NCBI GenBank assembly: GCA_029856435.1 | Contig: JAHQXB010000176.1 | Span: 1-56,639 of the forward strand | Direction: 5' to 3' | Source: Candidatus Jordarchaeia archaeon | GTDB taxonomy: Archaea > Asgardarchaeota > Jordiarchaeia > Jordiarchaeales > Jordiarchaeaceae | DNA length: 56,639 nt | In this document: positions 39,453 through 49,586 of the stretch, piece after piece | Layout of the letters: each line of letters begins with the position of its first letter | Numbering within the stretch: position 1 is the first letter of the stretch | Made by a program: the position numbers and the translations under genes | The notes under the pieces: generated by a model | The model's database searches: none | Seen by the model: the letters and a program-made list of their open reading frames with translations, nothing else | Told to the model about the DNA's origin: nothing

Positions 39453-39520
39453 TTTTTCAATTTTTTACGTTTTGCTGAATTTTTTGCAACTTTTCGGAAT
39501 ATTAATTAAAAATTTTGAAA
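39453..39520 (-). repeat. AT-rich dispersed intergenic repeat, copy C (inverted, more diverged)
   Basis: Reverse complement TTCAAAATTTTTAATTAA...TTGCAAAAAATTC...AAAAAATTGAAAA aligns to 36585-36655. Confidence 0.5.
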
Positions 39521-39559
39521 GAAGTAAAAATTTCCAAGCCAGCCCACCCGGCCAAAAAA

Positions 39560-39725
39560 AGGCCTGAACGAGACCTAGCTACCAGAACAGGCTCAAACCC
39601 GCAACTTGCGTTGAAGCCACGCTTCCCGTCGCCGCCAGCTGGGCGTAAGGGAAAAAACGCCTGCCAGAGCGGAGAGGTTCACGCCTCTAAAGGAGGCAAG
39701 TGCTCCTCTATGAGGCAGGAACCGA
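39560..39725 (+). ncRNA. GC-rich structured non-coding segment, possibly a tnpB omega-RNA-like remnant
   Basis: Nested hairpins (CGCAA-C-TTGCG; GAAGC-CAC-GCTTC; GGCGT..ACGCC; CCTGCC 39660-39665 pairing with GGCAGG 39714-39719); ACGCCTG...ATGAGGCAGGAA resembles tnpB 3' regions. Confidence 0.35.
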
Positions 39726-39774
39726 ACACCATCTGGAAGAATGCTCCAAGAGGGATAAGTTTCGGACAACGATC

Positions 39775-41334
39775 TTAGAATCTTTCGTCCTCCTTGCTCC
39801 AAGGTGGGTACCACTGGTAATACTCTTTAGGTTTTGCTTTCTTGAGTCCTTCATACGTGGCTTTTGCAAGTATAATTACGCCCTGCCTTGTCCTGTAGAG
39901 GTCAACCAGCTTCTTTTCCTCAAGTGACACTAAAGCCTCGTCAAGCTGTTCTTCATCAAGTCCAGTGTCTTCGATTAATTCTTCCCTCTTCATGTGGAGA
40001 CCGGGGTTAACGAAGTAGTCTGCTGCGAGAGCCTCAAGAATAGCTTCCTCCATACCCTGCAAATCTTTGGGAACCTTTTTTGGAGCAAATTCTGGTGAGG
40101 GCTTATAATAGGGTATCGGGACCTTCAATTCTTTGTGTATCCGCCTTCGGGGAGCTTTAAGCTCATCAGCCATAATTCTTCTTGCTTGGGCAGTTAATAG
40201 TCTTCTGAGAACTTCGTTGGTGCCAGCACCAATTTCTAATATTTTAGCATCTAGCAGTATCTGCTCTACTGGATAGAACTTTGTGAAGCCGTCTCCTCCG
40301 ATGATTTGGAGTGCGTCTAGCGCCGCTTCCCTGCAGGCTTCTGTGGCATATATTTTTGCTGCGTTAGCTTCAACAACTGGGTTTAATCCTTGGTCCATCA
40401 TCCACGCAGCGTAATAGGTGAGGAGTCTAGCTGTTTTCAGCCTTATTATGATGTCCGCCAGTTTGTACTGGTTGGATTCGAAATCTATGGTGCGCTGGTT
40501 GAACTGCACCCTCTTGGTTGCAAAGTATAGCGCATATCTTAGGGCTTCCCTAATACCCGCGATTATTTGGGTTGCCACTGTTAGTCTCTCAAAGTTTAAA
40601 CCCGCAGTCATAACTCCCCAGCCGTTTCCTTCCCCCAGCAACATGTTAGATGCTGGAACCCGAGCATTGTCGAAATCCAAAATTCCGTTTCGTATGCCTC
40701 TGAATACTGCTAAATCATTTATTTTTTCAACAGTGAAGCCCGGGGTGCCCTTCTCAACTATGAAGGCCGACAGATGCTTATATGCTGCTCTGTCTTTGGG
40801 GTCTTCGCTGGTTTTCGCATACACCATGTAAATGTCTGCTACTCCCGAGTTTGAAATGAACCTTTTTTTGCCATTCAATATATAATAGTCGCCATCGCGG
40901 GTAGCCGTGGTTCTAATACCTGCAGCGTCTGAGCCTACAAATGGTTCGGTGAGAGTTATGGCTCCCAGTAGCTCCCCTCTGGCAATTTTGGGTAGCCACC
41001 TCTCCTTCTGTTCCTCTGTGCCAAACATGCATATTTGCTCCACACCGCCGAAAGAAGTGGCACTGTATACACCACCTAGGGTACTAGCTCGAGTCAGCCC
41101 CTCACAAATAATCTGGCACCCTGTTACCCCAACTTCCTTTCCCATTCCACCATATTCTTCTGGTACAAGCGCCCCAAACCAACCCTTCTCTGCAACCATC
41201 TTAATTAGGTCCCGGGGATGCTCCTGTTTAATAGCAGCTTCGTAGGCTCTGGGAGTTATTTCGTCCACAAATTCGTTAACTTCATCAACGAGCCTTTTTT
41301 GCCTCTCGTTAAACCAAGGATACTTTTCCAACAC
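39775..41334 (-). CDS. Acyl-CoA dehydrogenase (IVD-type) with C-terminal winged-helix-like extension
   Basis: [26 protein letters not shown] (helix-G Glu), EIGAGTNE; about 130 extra C-terminal residues. Confidence 0.93.
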   Translation of the reverse strand: MLEKYPWFNERQKRLVDEVNEFVDEITPRAYEAAIKQEHPRDLIKMVAEKGWFGALVPEEYGGMGKEVGVTGCQIICEGLTRASTLGGVYSATSFGGVEQICMFGTEEQKERWLPKIARGELLGAITLTEPFVGSDAAGIRTTATRDGDYYILNGKKRFISNSGVADIYMVYAKTSEDPKDRAAYKHLSAFIVEKGTPGFTVEKINDLAVFRGIRNGILDFDNARVPASNMLLGEGNGWGVMTAGLNFERLTVATQIIAGIREALRYALYFATKRVQFNQRTIDFESNQYKLADIIIRLKTARLLTYYAAWMMDQGLNPVVEANAAKIYATEACREAALDALQIIGGDGFTKFYPVEQILLDAKILEIGAGTNEVLRRLLTAQARRIMADELKAPRRRIHKELKVPIPYYKPSPEFAPKKVPKDLQGMEEAILEALAADYFVNPGLHMKREELIEDTGLDEEQLDEALVSLEEKKLVDLYRTRQGVIILAKATYEGLKKAKPKEYYQWYPPWSKEDERF

Positions 41335-41653
41335 AAACCACCTCTAACCAATTCAAATAAATGGAAGCCTGAAAACAAAATCGAAAATAACTATTTACCT
41401 TTTTCCCCAAATTTTGAATAAAAAGGTATGTAGGAAAATTTCTAGTGCAATTTGTTTTACGGATATTAGTTTTGGCTTTTTGCGCCGTTCTCCAGATGTA
41501 ATTATTATTCCCCTTTTCTTCTCAAAAGGATCCTTCTTTTGGGCAAAAGCGGAGACCCACAAAAAGGCCAGCCGCCCAAACCATCCCTAAACTTCTAAAT
41601 GTACAGGCCCAAAATAAGTAAATAAAAAATGTGGCTATAACCGCTTAAAATGG

Positions 41654-42724
41654 TTATTTAGAAGTTTTCTTTTTAGCCTCGAGGATTGCCAGGCCCATTT
41701 CAAATACTCTGTTGAAGGGCTCCTCACGGTCTTCCCTCAGTTTTAGAGTTATGGCTTCCTCGGGACAAGCGGTGGCGCACAATCCGCATCCCAGGCACTT
41801 ATCCCTATTCACAGTTGCGATATCCTCTAGAGTTATTGCCCCCACCGGACACCGGTCAATACATGTTCCGCAACCAACACATTTCTCTAGATCAACTTGA
41901 GATTCGAATAGTGCGTTTAGATATTTGCGCTTATCGTAACCCTTTTTTGTTATTCCCTTCATAGACGCACAGCAGCAGGGACAACAGTTGCAGATATTGG
42001 ATAGGTGTTTGGAGTTCACTCCGGCGTGGACTAGGCCCGCCTTGTCTGCCTCTTCAATAATTTTTATGGCCTCCTCGGGAGTTATTTCGCGTCCCATACC
42101 GTTTTCTATGTAGTATTCTGCTGCGGCTCCAAAACTGAGGCAGGTTTCAAGGGGGTAGTTGCACCCCTCACCGGTTAGTCTGGCTTCTTTGCGGCAGATG
42201 CACTCGGTAACTGCGATTTTTCGGGCCTGTTTGATACTCTCCTTGAGTTTGTGATAGGGGTAGAGCACGGTGTCAACCTGAATAGTTTCCTCCACGGGAA
42301 GCACTTTAAATCCCGGAATGTTGCTTGCTCCCAATTCATCAAGGTAAGCTGTATCATAATATTCTTTGAAGAGTTTCGCAAGCTCCTTATCCATCTTTTT
42401 AACCGAGTACTCATACAACCCTATCATGAAAGGTGCTGTATTATAAAATGTTTTACCCTCACGCCTAGCCCTGAAAATGAGTCCCTTTTTCGACATGGCT
42501 TCCAGCTTATCTTCCAGCCATTTTTCATCTAGACCAGCCCTCTTCGCGATTTGGGAAGCCTCTTCTGGAAGCGGAGTTAATAGCACCGCTATTTTTGCCT
42601 CCTCCTCGGTGAAAAGTCTTCTTAATATTTTGATCTCAACACCTGAGGAGGTTTTAGGAAACCCCAAAGGTAATTGATCCAAAAATTCACGCAATTTCAG
42701 AAACGGATCCTCAGACATTACCAT
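41654..42724 (-). CDS. 4Fe-4S binding protein with N-terminal HTH-like region
   Basis: ECICRK, CNYPLETC, ICNCCPCCC, and two ferredoxin motifs CVGCGTCIDRCP and CLGCGLCATACP. Confidence 0.88.
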   Translation of the reverse strand: MVMSEDPFLKLREFLDQLPLGFPKTSSGVEIKILRRLFTEEEAKIAVLLTPLPEEASQIAKRAGLDEKWLEDKLEAMSKKGLIFRARREGKTFYNTAPFMIGLYEYSVKKMDKELAKLFKEYYDTAYLDELGASNIPGFKVLPVEETIQVDTVLYPYHKLKESIKQARKIAVTECICRKEARLTGEGCNYPLETCLSFGAAAEYYIENGMGREITPEEAIKIIEEADKAGLVHAGVNSKHLSNICNCCPCCCASMKGITKKGYDKRKYLNALFESQVDLEKCVGCGTCIDRCPVGAITLEDIATVNRDKCLGCGLCATACPEEAITLKLREDREEPFNRVFEMGLAILEAKKKTSK

Positions 42725-43039
42725 TAACTCCCTAAACAGTATTACAAAACAAAAACACTAATTTTAAAATAAGAAACCTAGAATCAAAATAAAATTCTTT
42801 CGGTAACATCCCAAAAATACTTTAGAATCTCATAAAAACAATAATCAAGCTACCTACAAGACGCATTAAGCTAGTATAACATCAATCAAGCCCCAAACTT
42901 TATGATGAATGATTTTAATCCCCAAAAAATGTAAAACTAATAACTTTTAGACATCAAAATCTATAAAAAATAAAAACCACTATGTGAATGTCAATTAAAG
43001 TCTTTTCCACCTATAAAAAAATAGACGGACTGATGAGAG

Positions 43040-43465
43040 TTGCCTAGAGAATTCTCCGCCGGTGTAGTGATCTACAGAATGGAAAATGGGGAACCCCAAT
43101 ACCTCATTCTGCAGCATGAAAGAGGACACTGGGACTTCGTCAAAGGAAACCTCGAGAAAAACGAAAAAGTAAGAGACACCATGATAAGAGAAACCGCCGA
43201 AGAAACCGGAATCCAAGACCTGAAATTCGAAGATGGCTTCGAAAACAAGATCAGCTACTTCTATAGGAGAAGCGGAAAAACTGTATACAAAGAAGTCATC
43301 TTTCACCTAGCCCAAACCCAAACCAAACAAGTCAAAATATCGTATGAACATGTAGCTTATGAGTGGGTAAACTATCAAGAAGCGTTAAAAAAATTGAGCT
43401 TTGAAAACTCGAGAAAAACACTAAGAAAAGCACACAAAATAATCATGAAAAACAAAAAAGTGTAG
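43040..43465 (+). CDS. Nudix hydrolase, asymmetrical Ap4A hydrolase-like
   Basis: SAGVVIYR, HWDFVK, complete Nudix box GNLEKNEKVRDTMIRETAEETGI, ISYEH. Confidence 0.9.
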   Translation: MPREFSAGVVIYRMENGEPQYLILQHERGHWDFVKGNLEKNEKVRDTMIRETAEETGIQDLKFEDGFENKISYFYRRSGKTVYKEVIFHLAQTQTKQVKISYEHVAYEWVNYQEALKKLSFENSRKTLRKAHKIIMKNKKV

Positions 43466-43854
43466 TTAATTTTAGAATTATTTGTTATCGTTTCGAGAAT
43501 AATTTTGTAAACTGATTTTTGCATCTTCTACTAACAAACTAAAATTTTAGTTAAAAATTGAGTGTCTCTTTGCTTTAATCTACTATTCAGCTGAAATTAG
43601 TTCTTTTGTATGTGTTTAGCTGTTATGACCGAATAATGGGTATTGGGGCTCTAAACCTCGAAGGAAGGCTTATTTAGACTTTTCTGACGAATGTCTCCCT
43701 CCCCGGAAAAGAAAATAAAGTAGCCCTCCTTTCAGGGAAAGGAGGCATATAACACTAGGTCGGCTCCCAAGAGCTAAACACTCATCTTGGTTAGCGGTTG
43801 AAAAATATTAATATAAATTGAAACACATAATTAAAGAGACTATACAAATTTGAG

Positions 43855-44934
43855 ATGATCATTATGAGCAATATTAGGAAGGAACCATTATTATTCCAAG
43901 AATTCCCCAAGTTGAAGAAGCATATTCCGTGGATGCCTTTAACCCGGGTGACTCCGGTGCAGAAATGTGAAAAGTTGGGTGAAATGTTGGGTTTGAATGA
44001 ATTATGGGTTAAGAGAGATGACATGACTACTGATATTTATGGGGGTAACAAGCCGCGTAAGCTGGAATTTGTGCTTGCGGAGGCACTTCAGCAGAAGAAG
44101 AGCAAGGTTATTACTTATGGTGGGACGGGTTCTAATCACTGTTTGGCTACGCTGCTTTTTGCTAAGAAGTATGGTTTGGAGACTATTCTGGTTTTGTGGG
44201 ATCAGCCGATTACTGCTCATGTTCAGAGGCAGCTTCTATTGTTCAAGTCGCTGGGTGCACAACTTATTCACTTAAACGAATTTGATTACAGTAAGTTGCC
44301 TGATCAGGACAAAATTTACAATATTGGGCCAGGAGGGACATCCCCACTAGGAATATTGGGATATGTGGAGGCAGCGTTGGAGCTTAAGAAGCAGGTGGAT
44401 GAGGGTTTGATGCCGGAGCCGGAGCTAATTTTTGTGGCTGCGGGCAGCTTGGGGACGCAGGCTGGTTTAGAGTTGGGAATTAGGCTTTGTGGGCTGCGTT
44501 CCAAGGTGATGGGAGTTCGGGTGACTGCTAAGGAATTCGCCAACGCGGACTTGGTTGCTACCTATGCCAAGGAGTCCTACGCGCTTATTAAGGAACATCT
44601 TGGGGGTGTTCCTGAACCGGACTTCAAGGGTGTGACTGTTCTTGACGACTATGCTGGGGCGGAGTATGGTGCGGTAACCCAAGAGGGATTGGCGGCGATT
44701 GAACTTATGAAGAAGTATGAGGGCATTCAACTGGAAACTACATATACTGGAAAAACTTTGGCTGGCCTAATAGATTACACCAAGAAACATGATTTGAAAG
44801 ATACTCCCATACTTTTCTGGAACACATATAATTCAGTGAACCTCTCAAAATATATGAAGCGTGGAATAACTTACAAGGATTTGCCGGAGGTGTTCCACAA
44901 GAACTTCGAAGAAGATCTGCTCCACAAAAAATGA
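43855..44934 (+). CDS. PLP enzyme of the ACC deaminase/D-cysteine desulfhydrase family
   Basis: VKRDD, GGNKPRKLEF, GSNH, GSLGT, YTGK (Thr, as in desulfhydrase-type members); start may be ATG 43864. Confidence 0.9.
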   Translation: MIIMSNIRKEPLLFQEFPKLKKHIPWMPLTRVTPVQKCEKLGEMLGLNELWVKRDDMTTDIYGGNKPRKLEFVLAEALQQKKSKVITYGGTGSNHCLATLLFAKKYGLETILVLWDQPITAHVQRQLLLFKSLGAQLIHLNEFDYSKLPDQDKIYNIGPGGTSPLGILGYVEAALELKKQVDEGLMPEPELIFVAAGSLGTQAGLELGIRLCGLRSKVMGVRVTAKEFANADLVATYAKESYALIKEHLGGVPEPDFKGVTVLDDYAGAEYGAVTQEGLAAIELMKKYEGIQLETTYTGKTLAGLIDYTKKHDLKDTPILFWNTYNSVNLSKYMKRGITYKDLPEVFHKNFEEDLLHKK

Positions 44935-44946
44935 GTACTGGAAAAA

Positions 44947-46254
44947 CTATATGCAGTGAATGTTTAAGATTCTTATGTGGGGACCTCCCTCGGAGATTGG
45001 GAAGCCCTTCTCAATGTTTGGTCTCAATCGGACGTCCTTCCCCACGGCATCTATACTCGATATTATTTTTTTGATTTCTTCAGTTATTCTTAGATTTTTG
45101 ATTGGCTGTTTTGCCACTCCCCTCTCCACAAGGTATCCCATTTCGGGGGATATTTCGATTCGCCCACCGGAAACAGTCGACTCTGCCCTCACTATTCCTC
45201 TGGTGTATATTCCGAACCGGGTCTCTTCAAAAATTTCTTCAACCCTCCAGTCTCTAGGCTGGATGTACACATTGCTCATCAAGGGGCGGGGCATATGAAA
45301 TATTCCATGTGCGTTTCCAGGTTCATCTCCTTCTTTGGCAGTTAATCGTGTGTGAAGTAGCTGTAATCCTCTTTCGCTGAGCAGAATTTTGGGTCTTCCC
45401 CTCACCCCCTCATCGTCCCAGTTGAAGGACCCATAACCATTCTCCAGAGAGGGATTGTCAACAAGACCTAGAGGTTCACTTAAGTCCAATTTATGGAAAT
45501 TTTTTTCCTGATAGATGTCTGCCTCCAACATGTGGGCTATCTCATGAGCCAGAGCACCAGCCCCCTCATTATCCAAAACTACATTAAATTTGGTAGCTGC
45601 ACCCCTAGATAGGACGCCTGCCTGCGTGGATTCAACTGCCCTAGTAGTTAAATCTTCAACTATCTCATACCAATTGGGGGCTTCAACTATTTCAAATCCT
45701 CCTCTTCCCCCAATACTTTTACTGGCAAATCCCTCAGACAAACCCCTCGCCACCGCGTAGAGAAAAATGTCAACTAGGGGGAACCTCTCAACAATGTCGG
45801 CTCCCTCAGAGCTAACAAAATGATAATCAGTGAAACTATATGAGGCAACTATTTCGGCTCGGGAGTAAAAGTTTCCCAGAGAATATTTAATCTCACCACT
45901 AATGTTTTTCAAAAATTCTATAACTTTATCCACTTCAAATTCTTTTTTCACCGGGAAGATTTTCTCACCTTTTTCCGCTTTAAGTGGGAGAAGCTCAATT
46001 TTCGCATCGCACATCTCCGCCTGTTTTAGCGCGAGCCTTGCCAATTCTTTGAGGCTACTTGCATCCTGAAGGTTGGCGCTTGCCACACCGTAACCTTTTG
46101 AAACCGCTCTACACGCCACCCTCTCAGACTTGTTTTTAAAAATATCAGCGGAGTCTCCCCTAAAGGCGACTTCAATAACCTCTTGCCTCACTAAACGCAC
46201 ATCAGAATACTTGGCAGAGGACATTTCTCCCAGAACACCATATATGTCAATCAT
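44947..46254 (-). CDS. TldD/PmbA-family protein with atypical metal site
   Basis: GALAHEIAHMLEAD, DNPSL..GYGSFNWDDEGV, RPLMSNVYI, GYLVERG, PISEGGPH. Confidence 0.88.
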   Translation of the reverse strand: MIDIYGVLGEMSSAKYSDVRLVRQEVIEVAFRGDSADIFKNKSERVACRAVSKGYGVASANLQDASSLKELARLALKQAEMCDAKIELLPLKAEKGEKIFPVKKEFEVDKVIEFLKNISGEIKYSLGNFYSRAEIVASYSFTDYHFVSSEGADIVERFPLVDIFLYAVARGLSEGFASKSIGGRGGFEIVEAPNWYEIVEDLTTRAVESTQAGVLSRGAATKFNVVLDNEGAGALAHEIAHMLEADIYQEKNFHKLDLSEPLGLVDNPSLENGYGSFNWDDEGVRGRPKILLSERGLQLLHTRLTAKEGDEPGNAHGIFHMPRPLMSNVYIQPRDWRVEEIFEETRFGIYTRGIVRAESTVSGGRIEISPEMGYLVERGVAKQPIKNLRITEEIKKIISSIDAVGKDVRLRPNIEKGFPISEGGPHIRILNIHCI

Positions 46255-46422
46255 TAAGCATCACATCCAAGACCCTCAAATTAAATAATTATTTGGATGC
46301 CTTAATGATTTCTTATCTATTGTAGGGAGAAATGTTTATCTTTATCAATGTAATTCTGATACACGATTTATTCCTAATAGTTTTTGAATGTTTTGGGTTT
46401 AGAAGCATTAGAGGTGAAAACT

Positions 46423-47343
46423 GTGGAGGATACCAAACTGGAATGGGTAAGAGGGACCGTTAGAGTGAAACGCGGCTTCATGCAAATGCAGAAACACGGC
46501 GTCATAATGGATGTAACAAGTGTGGAGCAGGCCCAAATAGCTGAAGACGCAGGAGCAGTAGCAGTTATGGCACTGGACAAACTTCCATACGATGTGCGAA
46601 AAGCAGGAGGAGTAGCACGCACTGCAAGCCTAAAAGTAATAGAAGAAATAATGGACCACATCACAATACCCGTTATGGCTAAATGCCGAATAGGACACAC
46701 CTACGAAGCCAGAGTACTGGAGGCCATAGGCGTAGACGCCATAGATGAATCCGAAGTGCTAACCCCTGCAGATGAGGAGAGACACATATGGAAATGGGAC
46801 TTCACGGTACCATTCGTCAACGGCACAAGAGACTTAGGAGGAGCCCTTCGAAGGATTGAAGAAGGAGCCTCTATGATTAGAACCAAAGGCGAAGCTGGAA
46901 CTGGCAACGTGGCGGAAGCAGTGAAACACATGAGAATAATGAATAGTGAAATAAGACAAGCCAAAATACTCCTAGAAAACGAGGACTACCAGGAACTAAT
47001 GAAACTAGCGAGAAGCCTTAAAGCCTCCTTTGACTTGCTTTTAGAAACCGCACGACTGGGAAGGCTTCCCGTGGTGAACTTCGCCGCTGGAGGAATAGCG
47101 ACCCCCGCAGACGCAGCCCTCATGATGTCTCTGGGATGCGATGGAATATTTGTGGGTTCAGGAATATTCAAGTCCGAGGATCCCTTGGAAAGAGCTAAAG
47201 CCATTGTTACCGCGTGCACCTACTGGGACGACCCCCAAATAGTGGCAGAAGCCCAAAAAATCATAGATGAAAGAAAATCCATGGCTGGACTGGACATTCA
47301 AACCTTGGAGCTAAGAATGCAGGATAGAGGAGCAGAAACATGA
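46423..47343 (+). CDS. pdxS: Pyridoxal 5'-phosphate synthase lyase subunit
   Basis: [53 protein letters not shown]; GTG 46423 after GAGGTG. Confidence 0.97.
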   Translation: MEDTKLEWVRGTVRVKRGFMQMQKHGVIMDVTSVEQAQIAEDAGAVAVMALDKLPYDVRKAGGVARTASLKVIEEIMDHITIPVMAKCRIGHTYEARVLEAIGVDAIDESEVLTPADEERHIWKWDFTVPFVNGTRDLGGALRRIEEGASMIRTKGEAGTGNVAEAVKHMRIMNSEIRQAKILLENEDYQELMKLARSLKASFDLLLETARLGRLPVVNFAAGGIATPADAALMMSLGCDGIFVGSGIFKSEDPLERAKAIVTACTYWDDPQIVAEAQKIIDERKSMAGLDIQTLELRMQDRGAET

Positions 47344-47960
47344 GTAATTCCAGTGTGAAAATCGGGGTACTGGCTTTACAAGGAGCAATAGAAGAACACG
47401 TTCAAGCTACCAAGTTAGCTCTCAAATCTTTGGGCATAGAGGGAGAAGTGCTTTGGATAAAGAAGCCTGAGCACTTAGAAGGAATCCAAGGCCTCATAAT
47501 TCCTGGGGGAGAGAGCACCGTCATGGGGAGATTAATGGAAACCAGTGGACTGCTAGAGGCTATCAAAAAATTTGCTAAAGAGGGTAGACCCATACTGGGC
47601 ACCTGCTCAGGGATGGTTCTCCTAGCCAGAGAGGTTTATGACCGAGTAGTAGGTAAAACGGGCCAGCCAACCCTAAAACTAATGGATATCACTGTGGAGA
47701 GAAACGCTTTTGGAAGACAGGGGGAATCCTTTGAAAGAGATCTAGAAATTCCACTTCTGGGCGAAAAAAAGTTCAAGGGAGTATTCATCCGAGCCCCAAT
47801 CATTCAAAGCATGGGCGGCAACGTTAAACCCCTCTGCCACATCAATGGAAAAATTGTTGCCGCACAGCAAAACAACATTTTAGCAACATCATTCCACCCA
47901 GAGCTGGCAGAAGATACCCGACTCCACGAATTCTTCCTAAAAAAAGCAACAGAAAAATAA
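47340..47960 (+). CDS. pdxT: Pyridoxal 5'-phosphate synthase glutaminase subunit
   Basis: [38 protein letters not shown]; overlaps pdxS stop. Confidence 0.97.
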   Translation: MSNSSVKIGVLALQGAIEEHVQATKLALKSLGIEGEVLWIKKPEHLEGIQGLIIPGGESTVMGRLMETSGLLEAIKKFAKEGRPILGTCSGMVLLAREVYDRVVGKTGQPTLKLMDITVERNAFGRQGESFERDLEIPLLGEKKFKGVFIRAPIIQSMGGNVKPLCHINGKIVAAQQNNILATSFHPELAEDTRLHEFFLKKATEK

Positions 47961-48116
47961 CCCAACCCATCCATTTAGTTCTTGCCCTATTATGGCTTCA
48001 AAAAAGCTTGCGGTTCCAAGGAGAGGGTTTTAGGAAACATCCTTGAGATGGCGATTGGTTGGGACACTTATTTCTCCTTGGAACCACCCTTTAGTCTATT
48101 TTTTCAATTTTGGAGT

Positions 48117-48617
48117 TTACCACTGCGGGGGACCCCTGCCTCCTCCTGACCCTGCGCCTCTGCCCCATCCACCTCTACCTCTGCCTCTTCTAGCGTATCC
48201 TCGGTCTTCAGGTGTTCGGTGGATATTGGTTGAGCCGCATTTGGGGCAGTTGTTGGGTCTTGGAGTTCCGTAGGGTACTTCCCAGTTGTAGCCGCACTGG
48301 AAGCATGTGAATTTTTTCATTTCAAGTTGGGCCATTGTGTAGTCACCTCCTTGAAAGTGTAATTCTTTGCCCTCGATTAGGGCTTCAGCTACTTTTTGTC
48401 TAGCTCTTTCTATTAGCCTATAGAAGGTTGGCTGGGAGATGTTCATTTTCTGTGCGGCTTCTTCTTGGGTGAGTTTTTCTAGGTCCCTTAATCTTATGGC
48501 TTCTAGTTCGTCAAGTGTCAGAACCAGTTTTTCGGATGTGTAGGGGGCGTCTTCTGGTTTGAAGCCGCTTATTTCGGGTTTGAATCTGATTTCCCGTATT
48601 TTTCTTGGCCTGGGCAT
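48117..48617 (-). CDS. DUF134-family HTH protein with Zn-ribbon and RGG-rich tail
   Basis: MPRPRK, DELEAIRLRD, QEEAAQKMNISQPTF, GGDY; CFQC...CPKC; tail RGRGRGGWGRG. Confidence 0.92.
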   Translation of the reverse strand: MPRPRKIREIRFKPEISGFKPEDAPYTSEKLVLTLDELEAIRLRDLEKLTQEEAAQKMNISQPTFYRLIERARQKVAEALIEGKELHFQGGDYTMAQLEMKKFTCFQCGYNWEVPYGTPRPNNCPKCGSTNIHRTPEDRGYARRGRGRGGWGRGAGSGGGRGPPQW

Positions 48618-48626
48618 AAGCTCTCA

Positions 48627-48646
48627 TTATGAATATATATTCATAA
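48627..48646. promoter_or_regulatory. Perfect 20-bp palindrome, candidate operator
   Basis: TTATGAATATATATTCATAA lies between a TTTAAATA box and the start of the DUF134 gene. Confidence 0.6.
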
Positions 48647-49586
48647 ATATTTAAATATACCGCCCACAAAAGTTATCACCAAATTCTCTTCAGCCACTTC
48701 TTTTGCCCAAAAAAGCAAAGCAAACCGCATATCTCCATTACAACAGGCAACACGCAAAAATCCAAAAAGTTATGGAGCACCCTCAGAACTCGGAAAAATT
48801 ACTGCAATTCAAAAAATTTCTGAATAGGTTCTGATTGCAAAGAAATTCTCCTTGGAAAAGGCAAGTTTTATGCCCTGTTTAAATTCAAAAGCTTGGGATT
48901 CTTAAATTATCCTATTATTATTAACAACAGAAAGGGGAGACAAGACTTTAGAATCAAGTGGAGTCTAATACAATATTTCTCAAAAACTGTCTAATGCTTT
49001 GATTATTTTGGTGTAAAGTTCGGTGGAACATCTCCACCCTTCCTCGATCATTTCCTGCTTATCCATAAATTCTTTCCTTGTTATCATTATTCCTATGCTT
49101 GATGAACATTAGGTTCCCCAAATATAACATAGGTTTCTGGGGATTGGTAACTCTTTAAACCTTTACAATTCCATGGATCCCATTAACGAATCCGGTGGAC
49201 TTTCACGATTCTGTTACCATTTGCTTCCAAAATCCACACTTAGCATTATTTCTCAAACCAACTTTGAAAAAAGGCTCAGATACAAGTACCAATTAAACGT
49301 GGAGTGCATCGCTGCATTAAAGCTTCTATAAAAGAATCAGAGGAGGGAAGAGCAGAATAAAGACATTCAACACCATCACTAAGCACCTTTAAAGATTCAA
49401 TTTAGGTTGTTGCTTGCTGAATAATGACCTAAATTTTTGGGTATCCTCAGTGGTTAGATAAATGATTATAGCAAGTGACCCCCCGCCACTTCTTTTCTTA
49501 TAACACTGGTGGTTCATAAAAAAATGGTTCTTAAAAAATTGAAAAAGTGGGGATTTTAAAGGTGGGTGCGGGTTTTCAGTGTTTTT

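Noticed and set aside
39515-39778. 87-aa ORF; also considered RNase P RNA or SRP RNA for this GC-rich segment
   Set aside because: Translation is not protein-like; no GAGGAAAGUCC-type RNase P or SRP helix-8 signature on either strand, and the segment is too short
43630-43690. GGCTCTAAAC...GAAGG weakly similar to the MITE core
   Set aside because: Match too short; no TIR or target duplication
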